DNA from: Utricularia gibba
Lineage: Eukaryota; Plantae; Magnoliophyta
Direction: 5' to 3'
DNA length: 64,000 nt
Assembly (NCBI GenBank): GCA_002189035.1
Contig: NEEC01000026.1
Span: forward strand, 372,001 to 436,000
Shown here: positions 35,759-47,242 of the stretch, one piece after another
Numbering within the stretch: position 1 is the stretch's first letter
Layout: every line of letters starts with the position of its first letter
Program-made: the position numbers and the translations under genes
Notes under the pieces: model-generated
Seen by the model: the letters and a program-made list of their open reading frames with translations, nothing else
Database searches by the model: none
What the model was told of the DNA's origin: nothing

Positions 35759-35968
35759 TTAGCGCCTTCGATTCAAATCACTGTGGGGGTTGTTTTTGTA
35801 TTGGAAGTAGAACACAGTTTTGCTGTGGGCACAAACTAACTACCGTTTTCGTTATCACTTACCAGTAGCCATCTTCCACGGTGGGATCTGTTTTCGTGCC
35901 ACGTTTCACTTCTCAGGTCGAAAGACCAGTCCTTGCATGAAAAGTGAGGGAGTATCAATTTCGTTTCC

Positions 35969-38131
35969 ATGCGAAAGCTGCGTTTTCCGGAAATAAGAAC
36001 CTTTGTGAAGAAGACGTTGGAGCCAGATTCATTTGATGGATCATGGAATTGGGGATATTGGGTGGAGAAGGGCCACAGCAACTTCGATGTGGTCTCTGCT
36101 AACAAAGCTATCACATTCTATTCCGGGGCTGGGGAGATCGAACGTGCACGGAAGGTGTTCGACACAATGCTGCAAAGATCAATTGTATCTTGGAACGCCA
36201 TGATCAATGGATATTACAGATCGAATATGATTTCTGAAGCTCTGTTCTTGATTTCTCGCATGCACTCTTCGGATATCAAGTTCAACGAGACTACATTTGC
36301 CACCACGCTCGGTGTTTGCGGCAGAGCAAGGTCATTAGAATCTGGAAAACAGATTCATGGACTGGCTCTGAAATCTGCGCATCTGCGGTTCAACCTCGTG
36401 GGAAGCTCCTTGTTGTATGTATATGCTAATTGTTGCGAAATTGAAGATGGCCGAATGGTCTTTAATGAACTACACCATGAGAATGACATGTTATGGAGCT
36501 TGATGCTGATGGGATATGTTGAGTGCGGTTTAATGGACGAAGGTCACCGTGTCTTCAAAAGAATGCCGAGGCACAGCGTGGTGGATTGGACTACCTTGAT
36601 CTCTGGTTATGCTAAAAGTGGGGATGGCTGCAAGGAAGCATTAGAGATGTTCAAGGTGATGAGGATGAAAGACGACGCTATTCCCAATGAGTTCACTTTG
36701 GACTGCGTCCTGCGTGCCTGTAGCGAACTGGGGGATGTGTCCCTTGGAAAAATGGTGCATACCTTCATTGTGAAATGTGGGTATGAACTCGAGTGTTCCA
36801 TACATGGTGCTTTGCTTAGTCTGTATTGTCACTGTGGTTGTATGGATGAAGCTGAGAAGATACACCATGAATTTGGTAACAGGGCTGGCTCGAGTTTCAG
36901 CAGTATGTCAGAGATAAACGAAGCTTCTCACCATCTGGTGATTCATGGGTTTGCAATGTCTGGTAGAATTGCTGATGCAGAGAGGCTATTTATGGAGATG
37001 CCTATCAAGACGCTGTCTTCGTTCAACACAATGATCTCAGCGTATGCACGCTGCGGAGAGATTGACAAAGCAGTAAAATGTTTCGAGTCCGCAAAGGGAG
37101 AAGGGAGTTCCATTACTTGGAACTCGATGATTTCTGGATACATCCAGAATCATCGCCTTGAAGAAGCGCTTCAACTGTACTTGGCCATGCACAGATTGCC
37201 AATATGCAAAACCAGATCCACATTTTCTGCTTTATTTCGTGCCTGCGCCTGCGTGGGTTCTCTTCATCAAGGACAATCACTTCACAGTCATGTAGAGAAA
37301 ACTTCATATTCCAACAATGTTTACGTCGGCACTGCTCTAACTGACATGTACTCAAAATGCGGAAGCTTGGATGATGCAAGAGAAGCATTTAGGTCTGTTT
37401 CTGCGCCTAATGTGGCGACATGGACAGCAATGATAAACGGGTTTGCACATCATGGTCTTGGATCTGATGCCATCGCATACTTCACTCTGATGCTGCAACG
37501 TGAGGTAACTCCAAATGCAGCAACTTTTGTTGCAGTTTTATCTGCTTGTTCACACGCTGGTTTCCTAGAGATGGGAATGAAGTTACTTCAGTCGATGATA
37601 CACCGCTATGGCATTTCTCCAACCGTGGAGCACATCACCTGCGTGGTGGAGCTGCTTGGTAAAGAAGAACTAGCAAAGGAGGCCAAGAAACTGATCCAAA
37701 CTATGGAAATTGAAGCAGACAAAGTTCTCTTGACATCATTGCTCAATGCTAGCTGGAATTCTATGGACATGAAGTCGGCGGAGCAAGCCACCGGAAAGGT
37801 GGTCGCTCTCGATCCCCGAGCATCATCGGCCTATGTTATCATGTCCAACATGTATTCCAGGACAGGGAAGTGGTGGGAGAGGATGAAGGCGAGGGAGACA
37901 TTGAGAGAAACTGGAGGTAAGAAGGATCCTGGATGCAGCTGGATTTGCATCAACAACATAACTTATGTGTTCTCTGTAAATCACAGAAGCCACCCAAAAT
38001 CTGACCTGATGCTTGCTACATTAGAATCACTTAAAGCAAATGCATGTTCATATGCGCAGGTTTATCCTTGCTGTCTTTCTTTGAACAAATTCTCCAGTAA
38101 AACACAAGAGGTGAGAGTTCGTAAGAAGTAA
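35969..38131 (+). CDS. PLS-class pentatricopeptide repeat protein with E/E+ extension (no DYW), single exon, 720 aa
   Basis: Repeated VSWNAMI / WTTLISGY / TWNSMISGY motifs, TDMYSKCGSL, YVIMSNMY and the KKDPGCSWI E-domain motif. Confidence 0.93.
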   Translation: MRKLRFPEIRTFVKKTLEPDSFDGSWNWGYWVEKGHSNFDVVSANKAITFYSGAGEIERARKVFDTMLQRSIVSWNAMINGYYRSNMISEALFLISRMHSSDIKFNETTFATTLGVCGRARSLESGKQIHGLALKSAHLRFNLVGSSLLYVYANCCEIEDGRMVFNELHHENDMLWSLMLMGYVECGLMDEGHRVFKRMPRHSVVDWTTLISGYAKSGDGCKEALEMFKVMRMKDDAIPNEFTLDCVLRACSELGDVSLGKMVHTFIVKCGYELECSIHGALLSLYCHCGCMDEAEKIHHEFGNRAGSSFSSMSEINEASHHLVIHGFAMSGRIADAERLFMEMPIKTLSSFNTMISAYARCGEIDKAVKCFESAKGEGSSITWNSMISGYIQNHRLEEALQLYLAMHRLPICKTRSTFSALFRACACVGSLHQGQSLHSHVEKTSYSNNVYVGTALTDMYSKCGSLDDAREAFRSVSAPNVATWTAMINGFAHHGLGSDAIAYFTLMLQREVTPNAATFVAVLSACSHAGFLEMGMKLLQSMIHRYGISPTVEHITCVVELLGKEELAKEAKKLIQTMEIEADKVLLTSLLNASWNSMDMKSAEQATGKVVALDPRASSAYVIMSNMYSRTGKWWERMKARETLRETGGKKDPGCSWICINNITYVFSVNHRSHPKSDLMLATLESLKANACSYAQVYPCCLSLNKFSSKTQEVRVRKK

Positions 38132-38333
38132 CAAGCGGATGTGGAGAAACCACAGCAAACTGAAACCTAACATTTCTTTCATGACAGAAACATGGGAACA
38201 CAATACAGAAAAAAAAAACAAAACAAAACAAAACACAAAAAAAAGCAGCAAAGCTCATCTTCTCACTACCTACCTATCCGAAGGTTGGCCAATAAGGATT
38301 GATTGACCAAACAGCCCCCTTAATGAGAACATC

Positions 38334-39260
38334 TCAGCCTCTTGACAGCATGACATCCAAGGGTTTCAAAGCATCAAGAGATGGAGAACCAAGCAAGTTA
38401 GAAGTCTTCTTCATCTTCTCATGATCTCGCAGCTCCAACATGAATTTCTCATCGCAGCTTATTTGATTCGCATGTAAGAGAGCTAGCATGCTAAGAGCAA
38501 AAAGGGCAGCATTTCCTATAATCCCAATAGTACTATCCAACTTCAGGAGCTTGGGCAAAAAATTAAAGCTGGAAAGAAAGAGACCGGCAAGACCATTTGG
38601 TTTCTTTTCTCCTGATGGCATAAATTCCCCGCCTGTAGGATGACGAGTTGATGCATAGAAATGTTCAGAGGCAACAAAAGCTCCAGCACTTGTGACATCT
38701 CCTAGCAAAGCCTGTGCCTCCTCAATGACTTTATACTTCTTCCCCTGATGCTCAGACAATCTCATTGCAAGAATGATGCGACTTTGCTCCAGACGAGCAA
38801 TGGCAGAATCCCGCTCCGCACGCTGCTGGATCTGTACCGCCTGTCAACAAAGTGGATAAACACATGTCATCCCAGAATAAACATAAGCTAATCGACCCCA
38901 ATAACCACGGAGAGTTGCAGGAATGGCCCTTGTAACTCACATAAAAGAATTCCAGCTGGTCCTCCAGATTCTCCAGGGCAGTTCGGATAGCGTACAAACT
39001 CTTGGCTTCCTGAACCGCAGGCCCATCCTCATTCACCTGAAGCACAAATTCCTGGCCTTTTTTCCCCTCGGGGTCGTCAAAATCATCATCATCGGCCGCC
39101 GATTTCTTCCTACCTTGAAAACAAAATTCCCGGGATCTCCGGACGGATCCTTGAGGGAATTGAGAAAGTGGGCTCGGGAAGTGAAGTGTATGGCGTCGCT
39201 AAGCTTGTCGTGCAAATCCCATATCCTCTCGAGGACAGCTTGGACGTCGCCCGCCTCCAT
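38334..39260 (-). CDS. PDV1: Plastid division protein PDV1; exons 39260-38941 and 38840-38334; apparent frameshift in exon 1 (about 39150-39105)
   Basis: Reads VLERIWDLHDKLSDAIH, QEAKSLYAIRTALENLEDQLEFF and AIARLEQSRIILAMRL, and ends DVMLSRG* (conserved terminal Gly). Exon 1 is 320 nt before a phase-0 intron. Confidence 0.92.
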
Positions 39261-39895
39261 TCCCAGAACAATGGTGAACAAAGCGGGTATAGGCAGGCTC
39301 CACGTGTCAGGGAAGCACGTTACTTAATCAACCAACATCGGCCATGTATTATTTCCATAAATAGATTACTCATCTTCTTCATTTGATTTGTGTGGAAATG
39401 AACAGATTAAAATAATGAAGAAACGAGCAGAGCCGCGCATAATTCTGGAGGGAGGGACTGGAATCTGGATCGCGTGCGCCGCCGGCGTGGGCCGAAGGGG
39501 CACTGCGGGCCCAAGACTCGTAACGTGGCGCCTTCTGAAACGCTAATCAATCGAAATTTCCGGAAGGGAAGAAAATACCACAATTTGATTATTCAGAAAA
39601 TCGCAGAGCGTTCAGCCCTAAGTATTGGGACTCTCCACACGTTTGGTCCCATGTCTTCTGGCTGTTCGCCTTCTACCCCCGTTCCATTGAACTTGGAGGT
39701 AATCCCATTGGCGTCTTAATACGATTGTGGCTTTCAAAAATCAATAGCGACATCTTCGGAGACGCAAGAATGAATTTGACAGTTTTGGGGTTGGCTTGAT
39801 TCCAAATGAAAAGTCTTTCTTTGGTTTAGATTTTCTTGGAGAGAAAGGAGTATTGAAGACAAGTTAGCAAAGGGCTTGATTTCTTCCAACAAGCT

Positions 39896-42279
39896 ATGGA
39901 TGAGTCTTCTAGGTATTCCAGATTCGACCATGGCGTCACAGCCATGTCTGCCGATGAGAATACAGCGTCAGTGCCTTCTAAGACACAGAAACAGGTCTCT
40001 TATACCTCCGAAGGTGCGAAATTGGGGCTCCATGAAAGAGCTTTTTCTGCCGCCGGTGCGGCATTCCTATCTGCCATTTTAGTCAACCCACTGGATGTGG
40101 CAAAGGTGCATATCTGTTCATGATTTTCTGCCCCTTCTTTTAGTGAATTTTTGTGTGATACTACTGGACTTGGAATTTTCTCTTTTGTCTGAGATGTAGC
40201 AAGGACTTGGAGAATGGCATGCTAGAAACTTAGATCGTATCACCTTATTAATGTTTTTTCACTAGAAAATTATTACTCTCTGATGCTGTGATTTGATTCC
40301 TCTTCTCTCTGATGATATACCATCTTTTTTCTTATTCATCCCTCAGACAAGGTTACAGGCACAGGCAGCGGGGTCCGCTTATTCACACCCATTGAGTAAT
40401 TATAACATTCGAATGGCATTGTTTGGGCCCCAAATGGTACTCATTTTTACACTAATCGAGACACTTGGCTATTTGTGATTCATATTTTGGATAGTTTTTT
40501 TTTACATCTAACGACCAGTTCTGCTTCATTAAATTATTTCTCTTGCGGGATTCTCTTTTTCTGTTAGATGTTTTCCGATATGAGGTGTTCTCCCTCGTGC
40601 AACCGTGCTGGTGTTCACGGTACTGTAGCCTTGTGCCCTCCTGATTGTTTCCATTACAAGGGAACACTAGATGTTCTGAGCAAAGTTATTCGCCAGGTTT
40701 GCACGTAATACATGCAATGTTTTGAGTTGATTGTAAGCACTGGAAATGATTTCTTTGCTGTGCTGTATGATGTTCAGGAAGGTTTTTTTGGGCTTTGGAG
40801 GGGGACGAATGCTGGACTAGCTATCGCTATACCCACTGTAAGTTTCAGAAGTCGTGGATTGTACTGATCAATTGCATCTTCTTATTTTAAAATGGAATTT
40901 TTTTTGGAATGACTGACTTACCTTTTGTTTTGACACTGATAGGTTGGTATCTACTTGCCGTGCTATGACATTTTCTGCAACCAAATTGAAGAATTTACTC
41001 TGACGAGTGTCCCCACCCTAACACCATATGCCCCTTTTGTGGCTGGTTCTCTGGCACGCTCGTTAGCTTGCACCAGCTGCTACCCTCTCGAGCTTGCACG
41101 GACGCGTATGCAGGTATTTATATCCCGCCTTGATGGTTCATTTCGTATTCTCTTTATCTTGTTGGTGAACACTATTTGTACCCAGGCGTTTAAGCATGCT
41201 GTTGGTGATAAAAAGCCTCATGGTATTTATAAGACGCTATTTGATGTATTCTACCAAGTCAGGAGCCCACCAGCTTCTAATAGTATCTGTGAGTTTTTGT
41301 TTACGTCTACCATTTCATTTTTCAAACTTTTATTGTGTTTTTTGATGTGTTTGATTCCAGAGTAAGCGATGAATTTGAAAACGCTTTTCTTTTTTAATTA
41401 TTAAAGTTTTTTCCAATAATGTTTTGAAACATGTTTTTGGCTGTAACAATAATCTCTAATGTTAAATATTTTTCACCTTTTTTTTATGCTCTCTAGTAAT
41501 GTGCTTATTCCTTTTTTTAAATAGGGACTGGTTATCGTGCTCTGTGGACTGGGCTTGGGGCTCAGCTAGCTCGTGATGTTCCTTATTCTGCAATCTGTTG
41601 GTCAACACTGGAGCCGGTTTGTGGTTCCCTTTATGTACTTTATCTCTACAATTTTCCTCTTCTTCTATGTGGTCTAAGCGTCACCCAATATTTTATGTAG
41701 GTAAGAAGACAGCTTCTAAGCATGGTAAGAGATGAGCCTACTGCTGCTAATATCTTTGGAGCAAATTTTGCTGCTGGTTTTGTTGCCGGGAGTGTCGCCG
41801 CTGCTGCTACCTGCCCATTTGATGTAGCAAAGACTCGAAGGCAAATTGAGGTAAAATCTGAATCCATCGTCATTTTTTCCGCACCACCTGCAAGAGCTCC
41901 TGGCCTCTTGCACTATGCTTATGTGTATATAGTATACGTTTTATTTGTCTCTTTCAGAAAGATCCCACAAGGGCTCTCAATATGACCACAAGGCAGACAG
42001 TGCTGGAGGTGTGGAGGTACTGCAGCGAATGTTTTCAATTTCTTCTAAATGGTTTTCTCTTCTGCCTGAAACATGAATTCACATCTCAAATGAAGTCTGT
42101 GTTTTTTGGGATGGCACTCACACATGTTAGACTCACAGGGATGGAGGATTGAAGGGCTTGTTTACCGGCGTCGGTCCCCGTGTTGGTCGCGCCGGTCCAT
42201 CAGTCGGATTGTGATTTCCTTCTACGAGGTGGTGAAGCACAGCATACATGGTCAGCACTCAGAAAGGAGGAGCCTCTAG
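39896..42279 (+). CDS. MTM1: Mitochondrial carrier MTM1 (SLC25A39/40 family); 10 exons: 39896-40105, 40347-40436, 40568-40696, 40778-40837, 40943-41113, 41186-41288, 41525-41616, 41701-41850, 41958-42016, 42139-42279; apparent -1 frameshift near 42208 giving TGA at 42212
   Basis: Carrier signatures NPLDVAKTRLQ, YPLELARTRMQ and CPFDVAKTRRQ, plus GLWRGTNAGL, LARDVPYSAICW and GVGPRVGRAGPSVG. Confidence 0.92.
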
Positions 42280-42675
42280 TGCAGACTGCAGTTTTGGAGG
42301 AACCTTTTCCCATTGAGTAGGCTTAGGTTTTGCCAGAAGCATAGCTCTTTTTTTTTCTATACAGTTCAGTAATAATTCATTCCTCTCCTCGTTTACAGTC
42401 AGGGCATGGGGAGAGATTTTGGGAATTCTTCTTGAACTATTCCGAGATCGATGCATCTAAACACCATCAAAATTTATCTGCAAGTTAGAAAGTAACTCTA
42501 TGCATGAAGCTAGCTCAAGAATCATAAGTTGGTTGACAACTCTGTCCACTTAACTAAATAATCGCCTGTAAAGCATAATTTTTTTTACATGATTTCAGAC
42601 TAAACTAAATCATGTGTGCAAAGGCCGAAAGATGTATACAAAGGTGCTGAGTTATTACAATGGCTGATGTTGCTG

Positions 42676-45006
42676 TCAGTTTCTGCAGCGTATGCACCGA
42701 AGCAGTGAGGCCCAAAAACCAGTGAAAGCTTGATGAGGTTCAGGCGATTCAAGAGGATCCTTGAACTTTGCCTCGGTGCTGAGTTCCTCGAATGAGTCCA
42801 CCAGATTTTGAAGTCTGGCTACAAACTCAATCAACAGAGAAGTGAAGGTTGACAGGGAGAGGGCGCTCGCACTTTCGAAAGTACTGACTTCGCGCTCGTT
42901 GAGGAGGGCGTCTCCGAGAATGGAGAGCCTCGAGGGCCACATTGTTTGCTGTCGGAGCAGAAGCTCTTCGCCGGATTGAACATTCAGGCTCATGCTGATG
43001 CTCCTGTTGGGGTTGGGGTTGGGGTAGTAGCCTCGCGGTGTCTGAAGAGATTTTGGGTTCAAAGAGCCTACGGAGCTGAGCAATTGATTCTTGTGCTCAC
43101 TGTCCTTGAATTCAGTAGGCGGCTCTTCTTGATCTTTGATCCTCGTTTCAGCTTCCCATCTTTCGGATTTGATCAAAAGGTACGATTTTTGATCAATCAG
43201 TAGCTGCAAATCCTCAGCAGCGTTGTGAACTTGATGCAGGATGTCTCCCGGGCTCAGTTTCTCCATCTTTTCCAGTTTCTTCCCAAGAATCCGCAGTATT
43301 TTCGATCCTTCAGCACCCACCTTTTGGATTTGATCCTTGAACACAGCTCTAAGTTCAGATGGAGCCTGAGATATGACAAACAAACATATGCTGTCCATAT
43401 TCTGGCTCACAACAGAGTTTAGAATCAAGTGAATGTAAAAACGCTGAAAGCACAAGTAAGAAGATACCTGTATTTCTGAAAGTATGCATCCGTGCAAAGC
43501 CATCACCATGAAAGAACAATGCCTAAGAGCACCACTGAGCTTGACGTAGTTACTCCAGGGGTAATTCAACATCTTGTAACGCCCGTGTGGTGGCTCCCAT
43601 ACGGCAAAGCCTATCTACACTCATCAGCGTTCCAGACACAAATACCGTGCACATGAGGACAGGTCAAAACCTCAAAGCCACTGAAACAGAAAGAGAGAGA
43701 TACCAACCAAGGATTCCTCTTTGCTTGTGGACTCAAAAGCAGCTCTGTATCCTTTATAAAGAGGATCATCAGAAGGTTGGTAGACAAGAATCTTTGATGG
43801 TATCCTCGTGTACTCAATGCACTGCAAATACATATTGATACAACCTGAAAAGGAAGCCTGTGACATGAGGAGGAGATGTCGTCATGACAGAGGATTTCAT
43901 ACGCGCGTAATCAATCACCTTCCAAAGATGTGGCAACCCCTTCAAAGTTTTTTACTACCAGCTTGTGCAGATCTTCTCCGGCCCAAATCGGGAATACGCA
44001 GACATTTATAAGCAAGCATACACCAGCACCAACAGCTATCAAAAGCAGTCTAGAACTGGCAGTTTGGATGAAATCTGATCCGGATACCAGAACGATGCAA
44101 AATGTCAACAAGAAAACCCGGAATCCATATTCATACTGCTTCATAGCCGGGTGCAACTTCAAATAGCTAGTCACAGAGCCTGGAACCATGAAACATGCAA
44201 GGCAAGCACCGAGACAGGGACATACAGTTAAACGTATTACAATGCAGCAACTCTCATCATATAAAAAATAATGGATTGACATAAACCAAACACCATGCTT
44301 AGCAGTATAAGAAGCACAGGAAAATAATATCCAGCGAAACGCTTAGGCGCTGACTCACCTGCGACAAAGATATTGATAACAACCACCGCTTCTTGCCATT
44401 CTCCAGCCATCTTAGACAACAACGCGATCCCAAGGGACAGTCCCCCGGCAAATAAGGTCCCTAATGCTCGATTGAACCCCTTGTTCAATGTGGCCCCTGT
44501 ACATTAGTTGTGTCATGATGAGACTAGCACCTTTATGTAATCCTAGATTCGATGTCTAACTATTCCAACCAGAGAGAGGAATTAGATGCCATTATCAATA
44601 TGAAACACGAAAAGAGAGCAGGGCATTTCACCAAGAAAGATGTAAACATACCTATGCTGAACTCGAACACGACGACGACAGTGAGAATAGCCCAGATAGA
44701 ATGCTTGGTGATATAAGTGGAGGGCTCCTTGAAAAAAATGAGGAGAGAAACCAGGGCCAAAGCGAAACCCACTTTCGCCGCAAACACCAACTTTCTAGGA
44801 TCGGACCTCCCCATCTCATAAGAAGACACTGCCATGGCCTCCACATTGTTCCACCACCCCGAAAATCTTCGTCCCAGAATCTTGAAAACATTCCAAAAGC
44901 AGGTGTCTGGTGTAGCATAAAAATCATCGGATTCGACGTCCGAAAAGTTTCGCGCCCTGCCTCGATCGACAAAGCTTTGTCGCAGAGAAGCACATTTATT
45001 GGCCAT
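42676..45006 (-). CDS. ALMT: Aluminium-activated malate transporter, ALMT4/ALMT9 (vacuolar) clade; exons 45006-44652, 44496-44359, 44179-43919, 43844-43708, 43614-43468, 43365-42676; intact
   Basis: Motifs [68 protein letters not shown] and [16 protein letters not shown]. All junctions are in phase. Confidence 0.94.
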
Positions 45007-45262
45007 CCTCCTCTTCTTCTTCCCAAGATCATGGAGAACAACAGATTGGAAATTACAGAGTGTATTACAAATCAGGGCATCCTATTTTTAGTGTGTGATA
45101 GTAAAAAATTTTGCTTCAATGTGTGTTACTTTAGAGAAGGATGGAAATCGCCAAGCAGTCAGTTACTCGCCCACTAAATATATGGACAAATCAGGCCATC
45201 CTCCTCTTCTTCTTCCAAGATCATGGAGAACAACAGATTGGAAATTACAGAGTGTATTACAA
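45001..45262 (-). repeat. About 70-bp direct duplication of the ALMT start region and 5'UTR (45001-45070 and 45194-45262), separated by 123 bp of filler
   Basis: GGCCATCCTCCTCTTCTTCTTCC(C)AAGATCATGGAGAACAACAGATTGGAAATTACAGAGTGTATTACAA occurs twice, differing by a 1-nt indel. Confidence 0.93.
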
Positions 45263-46067
45263 CTCTGCTTTTTGCCCTTTCCAATCCAGACCAAGTGTGT
45301 GTATGGTTCGAGGAACAAAGCAGTGACGTGGGTTCCACGCTGGAAGTGACAGTTGGGCAGTTGAACATCACGGCACGGGTAACAACTACTTGCAGCTTGA
45401 ACTGTAATGGTAATGGTGGGAGGAGTGGAGCAGTGTGTGTGTGTGTATCCACCCCAAAAGGATTGCTAAGCCTGAAATACTTTTGTGACAAAAATAAATA
45501 AAATTGATGAAGGATATTAGGATGTTATTAAAGTTTACTATGTGGGTTTTATCGGCAAAAGAAAGAGTTTTTGGTTGCTCCATTGTCCTGTTGTTCAGGT
45601 TGATCTTGTGTTGCAGATTGGGATGGGATGTTTGGGAAGAGAGGTTTCTTCCAGCTCTTAAGACTTTGATGTAGATTGTAATCCAACTGTTTTTTTTTTT
45701 TTATTGGCGTCTTTCTTCCAGCCCATGCCAAGTTCATATGCATCTATTAACATCTAAGCATTCAACACCTGTTAGCATCCATCCATCCATCCTTCCTTCC
45801 TTGGATATGTTTTGGAGCCCAAGAGTTGGTTTCTTGTCTTGTGTTGGGTCGTAGAAGCAATCTGGAGCAGCGCAGCATTGTGTTAACTCTAAAATGGGAT
45901 GTGCTCGCTGGCTGGCTCCCAACAATCCAGGATGGAAACACCATCTGTATCTATTCAGACATCTTAACAACACGCAAGCTCCATCTATCACTTCGTCATT
46001 GGCAAGCAGCACCACTGACTTGGGTGCGGTGCGGTAGCCAATAACCAATAACCAAAAACCAACTCGG

Positions 46068-46101
46068 TAGGGAGTAGGGAATAGGGAATAGGGAATAGGG
46101 A
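46068..46101 (+). repeat. (TAGGGAA)n heptamer array, about 5 units
   Basis: Read directly from the sequence. Confidence 0.8.
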
Positions 46102-46607
46102 TACAGTACAGATGCTGTCCTAAACTTATCAACATGTCTAGGGAAGGTTAAAGTTTATATATTCACTTTAAACCAATTCTCATACAAAAAGCAATCATGC
46201 CATCTCATGTATAATTTTATATTTCATTTGATAAATTTATCAAGTATAATTTTTTTGATACAATATAATTTTATAAAATAAAATAAAATATAAATTTAAT
46301 AGAAATTATAATATATTTTAATATAAATTGACTCTACTGTATTGATACTCTATTTAAATATTCATTGAACTTTATGAATCATACTGTTTTTAAGTAATGA
46401 TATATTTTATTTTAACATAAGATAGTTTAATTAAAAAATAAACGCGAATCTGCCTTGTGGTTAAACAACCTTCCTAAATTCATCTTTTATAGAACATATG
46501 CACTACATTCGTCTTTTATAGAATTATGCTATTTATTAACAAATACACGTGGCCTGTGGGCGGGGTACCAAGTTTTATAAGATTGCATTAGGGAAGGGAG
46601 TCATATT

Positions 46608-47242
46608 TGTTGAGCCCTAGAAAGATAATGAAGAATATTTAAAGAATGATGAGAATGCTGTACAGTGAACACATTAGAGACTAAGATAATTATACCATGA
46701 TTAATTACAAGAAATAAGAGCAAGATGATTAAAACTAAACTCAAGGTTCTACTTAATACTATTGGAATCAATATTGGACATGAAGTATTATCATCAAAAG
46801 AGCTCAACTATTGGATTTTAAATCTACCTTAGAGCTCCAAACATCTCTCCATATTTCATATGTGTTATTGGACTTATTAGGCTTCTGCTTTTTATTTAGT
46901 TTAAACTTTGTAATGTTGGAGTCCAATTCTAAAATATAAATATTCTAAAGATGCACTCTTTGAAATACCTTTAGTTCATTTTCATGTATTTTGTGAGGAT
47001 TTTCCTCTTCTTTAAGTGTTTGAATACTCTTGACTTATCAAGTATTGAGCTTGTGTTGTCTTAAGATTATCATTTCCAATTAATTCTCCTTCTGAAGTGT
47101 GACTCCTAATTTCCTTTTTTTCAAAGTCTGGTTGCAATAGATTCATTCTCTTAAAGGTAGATTTTGATGGGTTTCTTTCTAAGCTTCTAAATCACCTCTT
47201 GTTCGTGAATTGCTAATCTCTTTATATTAGAAGATCACATCA
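46608..47242. mobile_element. Solo LTR, 635 bp
   Basis: TGTTGAG...CACATCA termini with an exact 5-bp TSD ATATT at 46603-46607 and 47243-47247. Confidence 0.8.

Noticed and set aside
36607-37791. Several minus-strand ORFs opposite the PPR gene, and similar ones opposite CDC20, ALMT and phytolongin
   Set aside because: Shadow frames of real coding exons with no independent motifs.
39110-39145. A 31-nt GT-AG intron that might repair the PDV1 frame
   Set aside because: Too short for a plant intron, and splicing it gives CCG TAG (a stop).
46068-46101. Interstitial telomere repeat
   Set aside because: The unit AATAGGG differs from TTTAGGG at two positions in every copy.
46142-46474. Possible Tourist MITE (GGAAGGTT...AACCTTCC)
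   Set aside because: The inverted match is only about 8 bp and the flanks (TAG/TAA) differ; not enough support.
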